Positions 17,801-25,755 of a DNA stretch of 42,038 nucleotides are shown piece by piece. A program made the translations under genes and the position numbers. The stretch covers positions 1 through 42,038 of the forward strand of contig JANYJN010000228.1 of NCBI GenBank assembly GCA_025358475.1. The letters run 5' to 3'. This DNA is from Candidatus Solibacter sp. (lineage in GTDB: Bacteria; Acidobacteriota; Terriglobia; Bryobacterales; Bryobacteraceae). Within the stretch, counting starts at the first letter, position 1, and every line of letters starts with the position of its first letter. The notes beneath the pieces are model-generated. The model did no database searches. It had not been told where the DNA came from and saw nothing but the letters and a program-made list of their open reading frames with translations.

Positions 17801-18302
17801 CTGTGTCCACAATACCGGGTACCGTCAAGAGGAACGAAGCAAAGTCGCGCCCTTTCACGGCGATTTCGGCAATCTGGGCTCCCGTGACAACGCCCGACCT
17901 CTCGCCGCTCGCTACCTGCACCGGCGTGCCTTGCGCCTCAACCGTCACGCTTTCCACCAGACCGCCCAGTTCCAGCGTGAGCTTTCCGACGCTGCGCACT
18001 TCGCTTGCGGTCAGAACCAGATCGCGAACTAACAGCCTCTTAAAACCATCGGCCTGCACGGTCAGATCGTAAGTTCCTGGTGCAAGGTTGGGGATGACAA
18101 AGGAACCATCCGCTTCCGTGGCAAAGTTCCTCGACACTCCTCTCGCCTGATCGACGAGCGTGCCTTTGCCGCCAGGCACCGTCGCTCCGCTGGAATCCAC
18201 CGCGGTTCCGCTCACAGTGCTGTAGATATTCTGACCAAAAGCCATCGAGGCCGCCAGCAAGAAGCAACCGACAACCATCACACTAACCGTCACACTTCGC
18301 AT
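14841..18302 (-). CDS. TonB-dependent outer-membrane receptor with N-terminal carboxypeptidase-regulatory-like domain
   Basis: Start set at ATG 18302 (MRSVTVSVMVVGCFLLAASMAFGQ signal). It has a CarboxypepD_reg-like segment (SGTAVDSSGATVPG...GSFVIPNLAPGTYDLTV), a plug region, and a huge barrel ending in LSLRLAF. Confidence 0.85.
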   Translation of the reverse strand: MRSVTVSVMVVGCFLLAASMAFGQNIYSTVSGTAVDSSGATVPGGKGTLVDQARGVSRNFATEADGSFVIPNLAPGTYDLTVQADGFKRLLVRDLVLTASEVRSVGKLTLELGGLVESVTVEAQGTPVQVASGERSGVVTGAQIAEIAVKGRDFASFLLTVPGIVDTASQGREAMARNALAGIHINGGRDSSVLMMVDGMPSLDAGNNGVPGEPNMDAIAEVKVMTSNYQAEYGRNAGGMITVITKSGSKDFHGSAYEYYRHESLDAANYFDNRTGTAKAPYRYRITGFSVGGPVLLPRTNFNRQKDKLFFFFSQELVGSKNNWSPQFINVPTQLERNGDYSKSYDVAGAQIPVKDPATGLVFPGNMIPKDRINKLGQAMLNFLPLPNYTDPDPAYVYRRNYRTVPSGSWPRRQEVFRADYNITSKFQVFYRLLEDSNKLLLQTGSGGWPAGGVNYMLTPVMWDRPSRAQAVHATNVFSPTLVNEVTFTRAFNNVITYPTDPSVLDRSLMGNPAQWFKHDQPNANWIPALTFGGTPVNTANTSLNVNIPDALPDPGYTLTESLSKVWKSHSLKVGFYVERNNKIQSASTQIHGAFNFARDTNNPLDTGHGYANALIGNFQSYSEANNQPKGDYMFWDYEWYVQDNWRVTSKLTLDYGLRFYHTPPTIDRGGAVATFVPGLYDPSKAPVLYIPARDAANKRVAKNPLTGALAPSPMIGLFVPNSGDFANGSRAAGNGVPLGLYSTSWLEFGPRFGFGYDVFGTGKTAIRGGFGVFKDKVTGNTLYNSAGNPPITSTPTLYYGTLDTYAQNPGSTGPSDITVLSGNQPMPTVMNYSLSIQHQVSNTMFDLAYVGSLARHLSVQRNINAIPMFARFDPKNADPTQTSTPLQDNFLRPYRGYGNINQREFTGTSNYHALQVSASRRFSKGVQFGASYTWSKILTVSSGDTGGLSSYFPTRSWNYGPANFNQPQTLVLNYMYEVPKVGTMTGFKPAKWVLDNWQISGITSFLSGSPFTPGFSLVDGLDTTGSTDGARITVTGDPRLDKSQKTFSRTFNTGVFSRTPRGSFGNAGLGLLYGPGVNNWDLAISKRFRLFSEGRYLQFRTELFNAFNHTQFSGLNSTARFDKNGVQTDPLFGAYTSAYKPRNIQLSLRLAF

Positions 18303-18345
18303 TTCACGCCTTTCAACAAAGTACACGACGAACCTATCTTGGTCG

Positions 18346-18375
18346 ATAATACATGATATATCAGTTGAGTGTCAA
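18346..18375 (-). promoter_or_regulatory. Sigma70-like promoter for the TonB receptor gene (TTGACA-18 nt-TATTAT)
   Basis: The minus strand reads TTGACACTCAACTGATATATCATGTATTAT; the spacer contains the CTGATATATCA motif. It sits between the LysR stop (18382) and the receptor start. Confidence 0.45.
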
Positions 18376-18381
18376 TCGATA

Positions 18382-19377
18382 TTACGACCTTTTTACTGGA
18401 TTAACCGCTCCGCTTCGGAGGCCAGGTGACGTGAACTGGTTGCGGAACTGGCGAGCTACGCGCAGGAAGGCTCCCGCCGCGCCTACCGGTTCGGGCCCCT
18501 GAGGATACACGAACTGAAAGGACCGTTTGATCCTTAAGCCTGCCACGGGGACGGCCCGCACACCGGGAGAATCTCCGTCCCGCAGCGCCCAGCGCGAGAC
18601 AAAACCGATGCCCAATCCCGCTGCCACGCCAGACTTGATGGCTTCGGTGGAATCCAGTTCCATGACCACCCACAAGCTGCGCTGGGCCAGACCCCGTTTT
18701 CGAAGAGCATCTTCCACTACCCGCCGCGTGCCCGACCCGGGCTCTCGGAACAAGAGCGGCTCGGCGGCCAGTTGCGCGACTTGCGGCGTTCCATTCTGGG
18801 GATTCAAAAAGGCGTGCCCCTCTGGAACGATGACCACGATGTCGTCATCCACGAATTTCTCGATCTTCAGTTCGCAGGCGCCGGGAGGGCCTTCGATGAG
18901 ACCGAGATCACTCTGCCGTGCGATGACCCGCGCAGCGATTTGCGCGGTGTTCGCGCTGACCACGGAGAGTTCAATGGCAGGATGCAATTGCACGAATTCG
19001 GCGAGTAGGCGGGGGAGCAGATACTGCGCGATCGTGGTGGAAGCGCCCAATGACAACCGCCCGCGCTCTTCGCCATTGAATTGCCCGATGTCTCTCACCG
19101 CTTGCTGCGCCAATTCCTCGACTTCCAGGGCGTAGCGTCGCAGGCGCTCGCCCGCGGCGGTAAGCCGGACTCCGCCCGGGGTGCGTTCGAACAGGCGGAC
19201 TCCGAGTTGCTGTTCCAGGACTTTTACGTGCGAGGTAACGGCGGGTTGGCTGATGTGGAGGAATTCCGCCGCGTGAGTGAAACTGAGGCGCTCGGCCACC
19301 GCACGAAACACGTTTAGCCGAACATTCTGGAGCGATGTGGACAGAAATCCCTCACGATTCGATTGCTTTGGTTGCAC
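18382..19377 (-). CDS. LysR-family transcriptional regulator
   Basis: HTH FTHAAEFLHISQPAVTSHVKVLEQQLGVRLFER followed by a LysR substrate-binding domain. GTG start at 19377; the exact start is uncertain. Confidence 0.85.
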   Translation of the reverse strand: MQPKQSNREGFLSTSLQNVRLNVFRAVAERLSFTHAAEFLHISQPAVTSHVKVLEQQLGVRLFERTPGGVRLTAAGERLRRYALEVEELAQQAVRDIGQFNGEERGRLSLGASTTIAQYLLPRLLAEFVQLHPAIELSVVSANTAQIAARVIARQSDLGLIEGPPGACELKIEKFVDDDIVVIVPEGHAFLNPQNGTPQVAQLAAEPLLFREPGSGTRRVVEDALRKRGLAQRSLWVVMELDSTEAIKSGVAAGLGIGFVSRWALRDGDSPGVRAVPVAGLRIKRSFQFVYPQGPEPVGAAGAFLRVARQFRNQFTSPGLRSGAVNPVKRS

Positions 19378-19435
19378 CGCCGGATACGCTTTCCGTGAGG
19401 TCCGCGTGCCCGGCGGGATGCGCCACCGTGGGGTA

Positions 19436-20632
19436 CTAAGCGCTTTCGTACAGCCGGGTGAAGACGAACTCCCGATGTCCGAGCACCTCGGCGCTCGTCA
19501 GCCGGCCATTCGCTGTCTGGAAAATGACGTCCAGAAGGTTGTCGCCGGCCTGATCCAGATTCATCTCCCGGCGCAGGATGCCCGAGACGTCCAGGTCGAT
19601 GTGCTCCTTCATGGTACGTACAGTGCGCGGGTTTCCGCAGAGCTTGATCACCGGCAAGATCGGGTTTCCGATCACGTTGCACTGGCCGGTCGGGAACGTG
19701 TGCACCACGAATCCGGCGGCAGCCACCAGCGTTACCATTTCCGCCGCGGCGGAAGAGGAATCCATGAACCAGAGGCCGGGCCCCGTAGGCGATTCCGCCT
19801 TGTCCAGCACGCCGTCAACGACGCACTTCCTTCCGATCTTCTGGATGTTCCCGAGTGCCTTTTCCTCAATGGTCGTGAGACCGCCCGCAATGTTGCCCTT
19901 CGTTGGCTGTGAGTCGGAGAGATCGCTCGTCTTATGACGGTTGATCAAATCCTGGTAGCGGTTGAACATCGCCATGAATTGCTCGGCGATTTCAGGCGTT
20001 CGGCAACGATTGGCCACCATGCGTTCGCCGCCCGTGATTTCAGTGGTCTCACCGAAAACCAGGGTCAACCCTTGTTCGTAGAGTTTGTCAAACGCGTTTC
20101 CCACGGTTGGGTTCCCGGCCAGTCCCGAGGTCGTGTCGGACTCGCCACACTTAGTCGAAACCCACAGGTCGTGGATGGGCCGTTCTTCGCGAACCAGTGA
20201 CGATGCATGTTGGACAAAATCTTTCGCGGCACGCGACGCACGCGCGACCGTGTCGATATCGCCATGCAACTCGATGCCGAATCCCACTACCGGCTTGCCG
20301 GTCGCGGCAATGCCGTCAACTACTTTTTGCGTCCACTGTTCTTCAATGCCGATAACCACTACGGCAGCCACGTTGGGATTGGATCCGGTGCCAATTAACG
20401 TGCGGAAATGTAGATCCAGGTCCGCCCCAAACTGGAGGCGGCCGTAAGGGTGCGGCAACGCCATAGCGCCCTTAATGTGATTAGCGGTGGCTTCCGCCGC
20501 CGCGTTCGACAGGTCGTCAACGGGAAGGATGATGACATGGTTCCGGACGCCAACGCGCCCATTTTCTCGCCGGTAACCCGAGAATACCTTATTCTTGAGA
20601 TCGATAGCCAAAGTTCTGTTCCTCTCTACCAA
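19436..20632 (-). CDS. UxaA-family dehydratase/lyase large subunit (C-terminal catalytic domain); SuyB-like candidate
   Basis: [38 protein letters not shown] and [22 protein letters not shown] are altronate-dehydratase C-terminal blocks. The protein is about 398 aa. The non-ATG (TTG) start at 20632 overlaps the small-subunit stop by 7 nt. Confidence 0.8.
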   Translation of the reverse strand: MVERNRTLAIDLKNKVFSGYRRENGRVGVRNHVIILPVDDLSNAAAEATANHIKGAMALPHPYGRLQFGADLDLHFRTLIGTGSNPNVAAVVVIGIEEQWTQKVVDGIAATGKPVVGFGIELHGDIDTVARASRAAKDFVQHASSLVREERPIHDLWVSTKCGESDTTSGLAGNPTVGNAFDKLYEQGLTLVFGETTEITGGERMVANRCRTPEIAEQFMAMFNRYQDLINRHKTSDLSDSQPTKGNIAGGLTTIEEKALGNIQKIGRKCVVDGVLDKAESPTGPGLWFMDSSSAAAEMVTLVAAAGFVVHTFPTGQCNVIGNPILPVIKLCGNPRTVRTMKEHIDLDVSGILRREMNLDQAGDNLLDVIFQTANGRLTSAEVLGHREFVFTRLYESA

Positions 20633-20913
20633 CGTTTCGTCTTGACATTATGCACGTGCAGATGCTCGCCCACCTGGATCGGCGCAACGGTCCGCCCGAT
20701 GTCCACTCCGTACTTGATCACGGTGGCGCCATTCGCCAAGGCTTTGATCGCGAGTTTGTGCCCGATCGGAATATCGTTCAAGGCTTTGAAATTCACGATC
20801 TTGTCCTGGTCCATGATCCATCCGGAGAGCATGTCCTGTGCTTTGACGTCTTCCACGACAATAACCCCAACCGAGTCCCCTTCGTCATGAACCACAAAAT
20901 GAATTTTTTCCAT
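20626..20913 (-). CDS. UxaA-family small subunit (SAF domain only, 95 aa); SuyA-like candidate
   Basis: The SAF-domain pattern [15 protein letters not shown]...[22 protein letters not shown] corresponds to the N-terminus of single-chain UxaA. A strong RBS (GGAAAGGAG) precedes ATG 20913. Confidence 0.8.
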   Translation of the reverse strand: MEKIHFVVHDEGDSVGVIVVEDVKAQDMLSGWIMDQDKIVNFKALNDIPIGHKLAIKALANGATVIKYGVDIGRTVAPIQVGEHLHVHNVKTKRW

Positions 20914-20939
20914 TATTCTCCTTTCCTATACCATCTCTT

Positions 20940-20976
20940 GATATCTAATATCTCGCTTTTGCCCCGGCTGTGTCAA
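20940..20976 (-). promoter_or_regulatory. Sigma70-like promoter for the split-UxaA genes
   Basis: The minus strand reads TTGACA-cagccggggcaaaagcg-AGATATTAGATATCA, i.e. a -35 box plus 17 nt, then overlapping GATAT repeats. Confidence 0.45.
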
Positions 20977-21206
20977 GCGAAATCAACAAAATGCCGTGCC
21001 TGTGCGTGCCCCGGTTCCCTTGCGGAGGGTCTCATCCGTACCGAGACGCGGCCCCGCCCCTACCGGCTGTGCGTCTCGATTCAAGGATGTTAGTTAGCGA
21101 TCTCTAAGACCCGCGGCAAGCGCTCCAACCCACGTGGTAGGAAACAACCTTCGGGTGGGCAGGACGGCTGAGGTCACTCGACCGCCCTGCAATCAATCGA
21201 CGGCGA

Positions 21207-24200
21207 TTAGAAGGCGAGCTTCAAGGCAAACTGGAGCACGCGCGCATCGCTCGCAGCGGTGATTTTTCCAAACGTGCCCGAATTTAACGCCGAGGTCGGC
21301 GGTGCGAAATTCGCCCGGTTTTCGATGTTGAACGCCTCGGCACGGAATTGCAGATAGCGCTTTTCCGTGAACTTGAAGTTCTTGAAGATCGAAACGTCCA
21401 TATTAAAGAGTCCCGGTGCCCGCATGGAGTTGCGCCCAAGGTTCCCAAACGTCCCGATCGCCGCCGGAACAAACGCCCCGGTATTGAAATACTGGGCGAC
21501 CTGGTTGGCGCCTACCACACGGGTGGGGTCGCCGACCAGGTCGGCATAGTCGTTGCCGATACCGGAGATCGACCGGTCCGTACCGCTCACAATCGTGAAC
21601 GGCATCCCGCTCATGATGGCCGTGATCACGTTGACTTGCCAGTCGTTCAGAAGGGCGTTGCCGACGCCGGTCACGTGAACATGCGGCGTGTTGTAGACGG
21701 TTGAGAGGTTAAACCGGAACTTCTGGTCGAAGTCAGCCGGCCCCCTGGCGGAATTGAAGTTGAACGGATTGTGAGGTCCGGTACCGCCTTCTGCGGCACT
21801 GGAGTTGTTGTCGATGGTTTTCGACCAGACCAAATTCCCCAGCAGCGTAAGGCCGCGCGTGAGCCGTTGATTTAAGCTCAACTGCAGCGAGTGGAAATGG
21901 GCGTATTCGTACGAGGATGCGTATTCCACCGCCCCCATTCCCGGGTACAACCGATGGCTGTTCTCTTGCCCGACAGTCGCCCCGGGGGAGTACAACGCGG
22001 GATTCAACTGCCGGGAACCCATGATGTTCACCCCGTGATTCCCCACGTAAGCGGCCGTAAACACCAGGTTGCTGCGGAGTTGGCGTTCCACTGTGAGGTT
22101 CCAGTTTTCCGTATACCCCACCCTGGAGGCTGGATCCAGCATGCCCCCGGAAACCGGCAGGATGAACTTGTAAGTGGCGAATTGCCCAGGTAAGATGTGC
22201 GGTCTCGGGAACGGATTGCCGCCCGGGAAGCCGAGATAAGGATTCGTGAAGCTGGCCGGATTCGGAATGCTTAGGTACAAATCGGTGGGCTGCGTGGCGT
22301 TGGTCCGCTGGTAGAGCAGGCCCTCCGGGAAACTGTAGAAGATGCCGGCGCCTCCGCGGATCACGGTCTTTCCGTCCCCGCCTACGTTCCAGGCGAAGCC
22401 GGCGCGCGGCGCAAACGCCATCCAGTTGTGCTTGAAGACCGAGGCCGTGATTCCCGCATCCCCCGGGAAGAGCAGGCCGAGCGGGGCGTTCGGAGCGACT
22501 ACTGACTGCCTGCCGGGCACAAAAGCCGTCAAAGCGTTGTTCTTGTCGATCGGCGCCAGCCACGGCTCCCAGCGCACCCCGATATTGACGGTGAATTGGC
22601 GGCTCACCTTCCAGTCGTCCTGGAAGTACAGCGAGGGCCGGCTGCCCCGAAGATAGAGTGTTCGACCGTTGTCCTGGAAGAACTGCGAGGGGTAGCCCAG
22701 GAAGAAATCCGACACAGCGTTGCCGGTCACTTGTCCATTAAACGCGTTGTCGCCCGGTACATAGGAGTAATCGTTGACGTTGATCCGGGTCCGCTCAAAT
22801 TCGAATCCGAAGTTCATCGTGTGAGAACTCAGGAGCTTGGTTCCCGAGGCCTTCCATACAAACGACGTGGGGTACTGACGGAGCGCGCCGCCCGAGAAGA
22901 CGTTAACGAAGCCGGAGATGTTCGCCCGCACCCCGGGGAAGACCGGCACGGCCGTGCCGAGCGGAACCTGCACGCCCAGGTCCTGCAGAGTTTTCAACCC
23001 AGGAGCCTGTGGAACCTGAGTGCGGGCGAATCGCCCGAAGCTCAAAAACAGGGAGCCTGTCAGGGTCGGGCTGAAGATCTGCGTATCCGTCACAGCGGCG
23101 CTCTGATTCAGGAAGTAATTAGCGGCATAGAACCCGGTAGGCGCGTTGAACGTCCTCCAGAAATCGTTCTCGTCGTGGAAGTACCGGGCGCTGAGGTGAT
23201 TGGTGGACGTGATCATCTGGTCTACCTTGGCCAGCCATTGCAGGTCGTCGACGTGTTTGAACTGGGTCCCGACCCACTGCGTACCACGGTTGGGAAGCGG
23301 CAGGTATAGGTCCGCGACCTTCTGCGAAACCGAATTAAACCTGCTGATCGGAATTATGTTGCCTGGAAATGGCGTGTTGCCGTTGGCTGGATCCACGATC
23401 ACGGTCTTGGGCAGCAACGCCGAAAAATCGCCCTGACGCTGTGCTGCCGTTGGCGGGGTGATGGAAATGCCGCTCGGCGCCGCTCTCTGAACCTGATCCT
23501 GTACGGAGACGAAGAAGAAGGCTTTGTTGCGTCGAATCGGTCCGCCAAATGCGCCACCAAACTGGTTCTGCTTATAGGGAGGACGCGTCAGTTGGAAGAA
23601 ATTTCGGGCGTTCAGCTTGGTGTTCCGGAAGAACTCGAAGGCAGTCCCGTGAAATTCGTTGGTTCCAGACCGCGTGGAAAGCTGCACCAGCGCGCCAGCT
23701 CCGCCGAATTCCGCGCTGTAGGCGGAAGTCTTGATCGTGAACTCTTCGAGCGTGTCAGGGTTCGGCATGGTAGGCACCGAATCGAAGAAGCGGTTGGTGT
23801 AGATGGTCCCGTCCAACTGGAAATTATTCTGTGTGGTGCGGAGGCCGTTTACGGCAATTCCGCGGTTGTCCTGCTGGCCGGCTTCCGTGCCGACGTCTGT
23901 CATGACGGTGCCGGGCGTGAGGATCGTCAATTGCAGTGCGTTGCGCCCGTTCAGGGGTAGATCTACCATCTGCCTCTGTGTCACGGATGATTGCACCGTG
24001 GAGGAGGTGGTCTGCATCAGTTCGCCCTCGGCCGTGACCTCCACCGCCTGGGTCAGGTCACCTACCTGCAGGCTGACTTGAATGTCGAGTATCTGTCCGG
24101 TGACCAGAGCGATGCTTTCCATGCGTTGCGGCCGGAAGCCCTGTTTCTGCATTTCCACCTGGTACTGCCCGATAGGTAGGTCGGGAAACACGAACGCGCC

Positions 24201-24416
24201 GCCACTCGAGCTGTCCGCTTTCCGGGTCAACCCGGTGCCAGTATTCGTGCACGTCACTGCCACGCCGGGGACCACACTACCGGATGCATCGGTTACGGTG
24301 CCGCCGATGCGTCCCGTCGCCTGGCCAAACAGGACTTGGCTTGAGAAAAGACAGCAAAGAACAGTCAGGAAGATCAACAAGAACTTGTGTGAATAGAGGC
24401 GGTGCGATTTCGTCAT
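21207..24416 (-). CDS. TonB-dependent outer-membrane receptor with N-terminal carboxypeptidase-regulatory-like domain (second copy)
   Basis: Start set at ATG 24416 (MTKSHRLYSHKFLLIFLTVLCCLFSSQVLFGQ), preceded by GGAGAAGGAG. It has a CarboxypepD_reg-like segment (GGTVTDASGSVVPGVAVT...FVFPDLPIGQYQVEM), a plug and a barrel ending in FALKLAF. Confidence 0.85.
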   Translation of the reverse strand: MTKSHRLYSHKFLLIFLTVLCCLFSSQVLFGQATGRIGGTVTDASGSVVPGVAVTCTNTGTGLTRKADSSSGGAFVFPDLPIGQYQVEMQKQGFRPQRMESIALVTGQILDIQVSLQVGDLTQAVEVTAEGELMQTTSSTVQSSVTQRQMVDLPLNGRNALQLTILTPGTVMTDVGTEAGQQDNRGIAVNGLRTTQNNFQLDGTIYTNRFFDSVPTMPNPDTLEEFTIKTSAYSAEFGGAGALVQLSTRSGTNEFHGTAFEFFRNTKLNARNFFQLTRPPYKQNQFGGAFGGPIRRNKAFFFVSVQDQVQRAAPSGISITPPTAAQRQGDFSALLPKTVIVDPANGNTPFPGNIIPISRFNSVSQKVADLYLPLPNRGTQWVGTQFKHVDDLQWLAKVDQMITSTNHLSARYFHDENDFWRTFNAPTGFYAANYFLNQSAAVTDTQIFSPTLTGSLFLSFGRFARTQVPQAPGLKTLQDLGVQVPLGTAVPVFPGVRANISGFVNVFSGGALRQYPTSFVWKASGTKLLSSHTMNFGFEFERTRINVNDYSYVPGDNAFNGQVTGNAVSDFFLGYPSQFFQDNGRTLYLRGSRPSLYFQDDWKVSRQFTVNIGVRWEPWLAPIDKNNALTAFVPGRQSVVAPNAPLGLLFPGDAGITASVFKHNWMAFAPRAGFAWNVGGDGKTVIRGGAGIFYSFPEGLLYQRTNATQPTDLYLSIPNPASFTNPYLGFPGGNPFPRPHILPGQFATYKFILPVSGGMLDPASRVGYTENWNLTVERQLRSNLVFTAAYVGNHGVNIMGSRQLNPALYSPGATVGQENSHRLYPGMGAVEYASSYEYAHFHSLQLSLNQRLTRGLTLLGNLVWSKTIDNNSSAAEGGTGPHNPFNFNSARGPADFDQKFRFNLSTVYNTPHVHVTGVGNALLNDWQVNVITAIMSGMPFTIVSGTDRSISGIGNDYADLVGDPTRVVGANQVAQYFNTGAFVPAAIGTFGNLGRNSMRAPGLFNMDVSIFKNFKFTEKRYLQFRAEAFNIENRANFAPPTSALNSGTFGKITAASDARVLQFALKLAF

Positions 24417-24570
24417 GAATACTCCTTCTCCGGCCTCGAAACAGCGGCTGCGCTGCCGATTCGTGCGAGAGATTCTCATTCGCTGCGTCCTACAAGGCAC
24501 GCACGCTGGCCTAAGCAAGTCCGACTTTCCATTTAACGACCCGCGAATCCGAAGGCCCACCAACGATTTC

Positions 24571-24590
24571 TATATACGATATACTATATA
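24571..24590 (-). promoter_or_regulatory. AT-rich TATATAGTATATCGTATATA element about 155 nt upstream of the second TonB receptor
   Basis: It is the only AT-rich island in an otherwise GC-rich 570-nt gene-poor stretch and resembles the other (T)ATAT-repeat promoter-like elements. Its function is not established. Confidence 0.3.
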
Positions 24591-24713
24591 TTTTCGCCCG
24601 TCAAGAGGCGATTTTTCAAATCGTACACGTCTTATGAGGGTGTTGCCAACCGATCATGTCCTGATTACGCCGGGATCTGCTCGCCTGCGAAATCTGTGGT
24701 TAACATGCGGGGC

Positions 24714-24875
24714 TCAGCGCTGGGGTTGAGTCAAGAAGTAGAACTTGCGGCAGGTGGAGTCGACGGAGAGCTGCCCGTCTTCCCAGTCGTTGTTGAATCG
24801 GGCGTGGTGCGAAGCATTCCGAATCGCTTGGGAGTAACGGTTGTCACGAGCAACATCGACTTGCCATGCGCTCAC
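24714..24875 (-). CDS. Possible small ORF or gene remnant (53 aa, GTG start)
   Basis: VSAWQVDVARDNRYSQAIRNASHHARFNNDWEDGQLSVDSTCRKFYFLTQPQR. Third codon positions are strongly C/G-biased, like the genuine genes here. There is no ATG, no clear RBS and no recognised domain. It is below the 60-aa cutoff of the ORF track. Confidence 0.2.
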   Translation of the reverse strand: MSAWQVDVARDNRYSQAIRNASHHARFNNDWEDGQLSVDSTCRKFYFLTQPQR

Positions 24876-24992
24876 CGCAGGCCGACCGTTTCAATCGGAT
24901 TTCGAGGATGGCTTTCGCGTGCAACTGTGCCGCATGCGGGGGATCGCTCCGCGGAAGTGCGACGCTTGCAGACGGTCGCGGCAGCCTGGCTG

Positions 24993-25694
24993 CTAGCGCA
25001 GCGCCGCGAAGGTCGGGCCCTGGTTTTGTTCTTGTGCGGGTTTCGGCCGCTGTCCTTGTTCCAAAAACTCAAGCAGTTTGCCGCGGACGGTGCGGATGTG
25101 CTCATTCATGGCGTGCTCGGCGCGCGGCCGCTCCCCGGTTTCGAGCGCCGCGATGATGGCCTCATGGGTATCGGCCGCCGTGCTGCTGGATAGGTCGTAG
25201 GTCTTGCGGCGCAAAATCCAGATCTGGTTTTGCACGTTCTCCAGCATTCTGCAAAGGCGGTTGTTGCCAGTCGCGTTCGCCAGCAAGGCATGAAAGCGCA
25301 AGTCTTCTTCGATGTAATGCGGCTTATCGTTATCCCTCAGGGCCTGACGCATCTGCCGAGCGCTCTGCTTCAATTCGGCGAAAAGCTTCGGGGATAGGGC
25401 CGCTGTGTGGACCACGTGCGTTTCGAGAGCGCTTCGTAAGTCGTAGAGATCGTTAATGTCCTGGATGGAGTAATCTCGGAGGTAGGCGCCTCTTCGGGGT
25501 TCGATGTGAATGAACCCCTCCGTTTCCAGGCGGTTCAGCGCTTCCCGGATCGGCGATTTGCTGATGCCGAGACTGGTGGAGAGGAATTCCTCCGTCAGCC
25601 GCGCGCCTTCGTCAAGTCTTCCGTCAAGTATGTATCGCTTGATGCTGTCGTATGCCAGCGACGTTAGGTTCGATGGAATCTTGAGTTTCTTCAT
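24993..25694 (-). CDS. GntR-family transcriptional regulator (FadR subfamily, FCD effector domain)
   Basis: Winged HTH LAYDSIKRYILDGRLDEGARLTEEFLSTSLGISKSPIREALNRLETEGFIHIEPRRGAYL, followed by an all-helical FCD-like domain with His residues. Confidence 0.85.
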   Translation of the reverse strand: MKKLKIPSNLTSLAYDSIKRYILDGRLDEGARLTEEFLSTSLGISKSPIREALNRLETEGFIHIEPRRGAYLRDYSIQDINDLYDLRSALETHVVHTAALSPKLFAELKQSARQMRQALRDNDKPHYIEEDLRFHALLANATGNNRLCRMLENVQNQIWILRRKTYDLSSSTAADTHEAIIAALETGERPRAEHAMNEHIRTVRGKLLEFLEQGQRPKPAQEQNQGPTFAALR

Positions 25695-25709
25695 AGCTGC
25701 TACGTCGTA

Positions 25710-25723
25710 TGTAGAATATCACA
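25710..25723 (-). promoter_or_regulatory. TGT-N8-ACA element overlapping an extended -10-like TG-t-GATATT in front of the GntR gene
   Basis: The minus strand reads TTTTGTGATATTCTACATACGACGTAGCAGCTATG. The GT..AC ends fit the general GntR-operator pattern. Confidence 0.3.
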
Positions 25724-25755
25724 AAAGAAAAATGTCGGGGAACCATATAGTACTG

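Noticed and set aside
19436-20913. Reading the MFS (ExuT-like) + UxaA + KduI/IolB-like genes as a classical hexuronate (Ashwell) pathway
   Set aside because: This is not fully excluded, but it is disfavoured. The dehydratase is split into SuyA/SuyB-sized subunits. No uxaB, uxaC, uxuA/B, kdgK or eda-type genes are recognisable in the window. The three genes are not in one operon.
24417-24563. N-terminal extension of the second TonB receptor ORF
   Set aside because: The extension is Arg-rich and lacks a signal peptide. ATG 24416 is preceded by GGAGAAGGAG and begins a canonical signal peptide.
24417-24570. Possible cobalamin or TPP riboswitch in the long leader of the TonB receptor
   Set aside because: I could not find the B12 box (GCCACTG-like) or the conserved TPP elements (CTGAGA / ACCTGATCTGGATAATGCCAGCG-like) by eye. 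An Infernal scan would be needed for certainty.
24696-25193. 165-aa plus-strand ORF spanning the gene-poor region and the 3' end of the GntR gene
   Set aside because: It is antisense to the well-supported GntR gene for 200 nt, has off-frame-like composition and has no start context.
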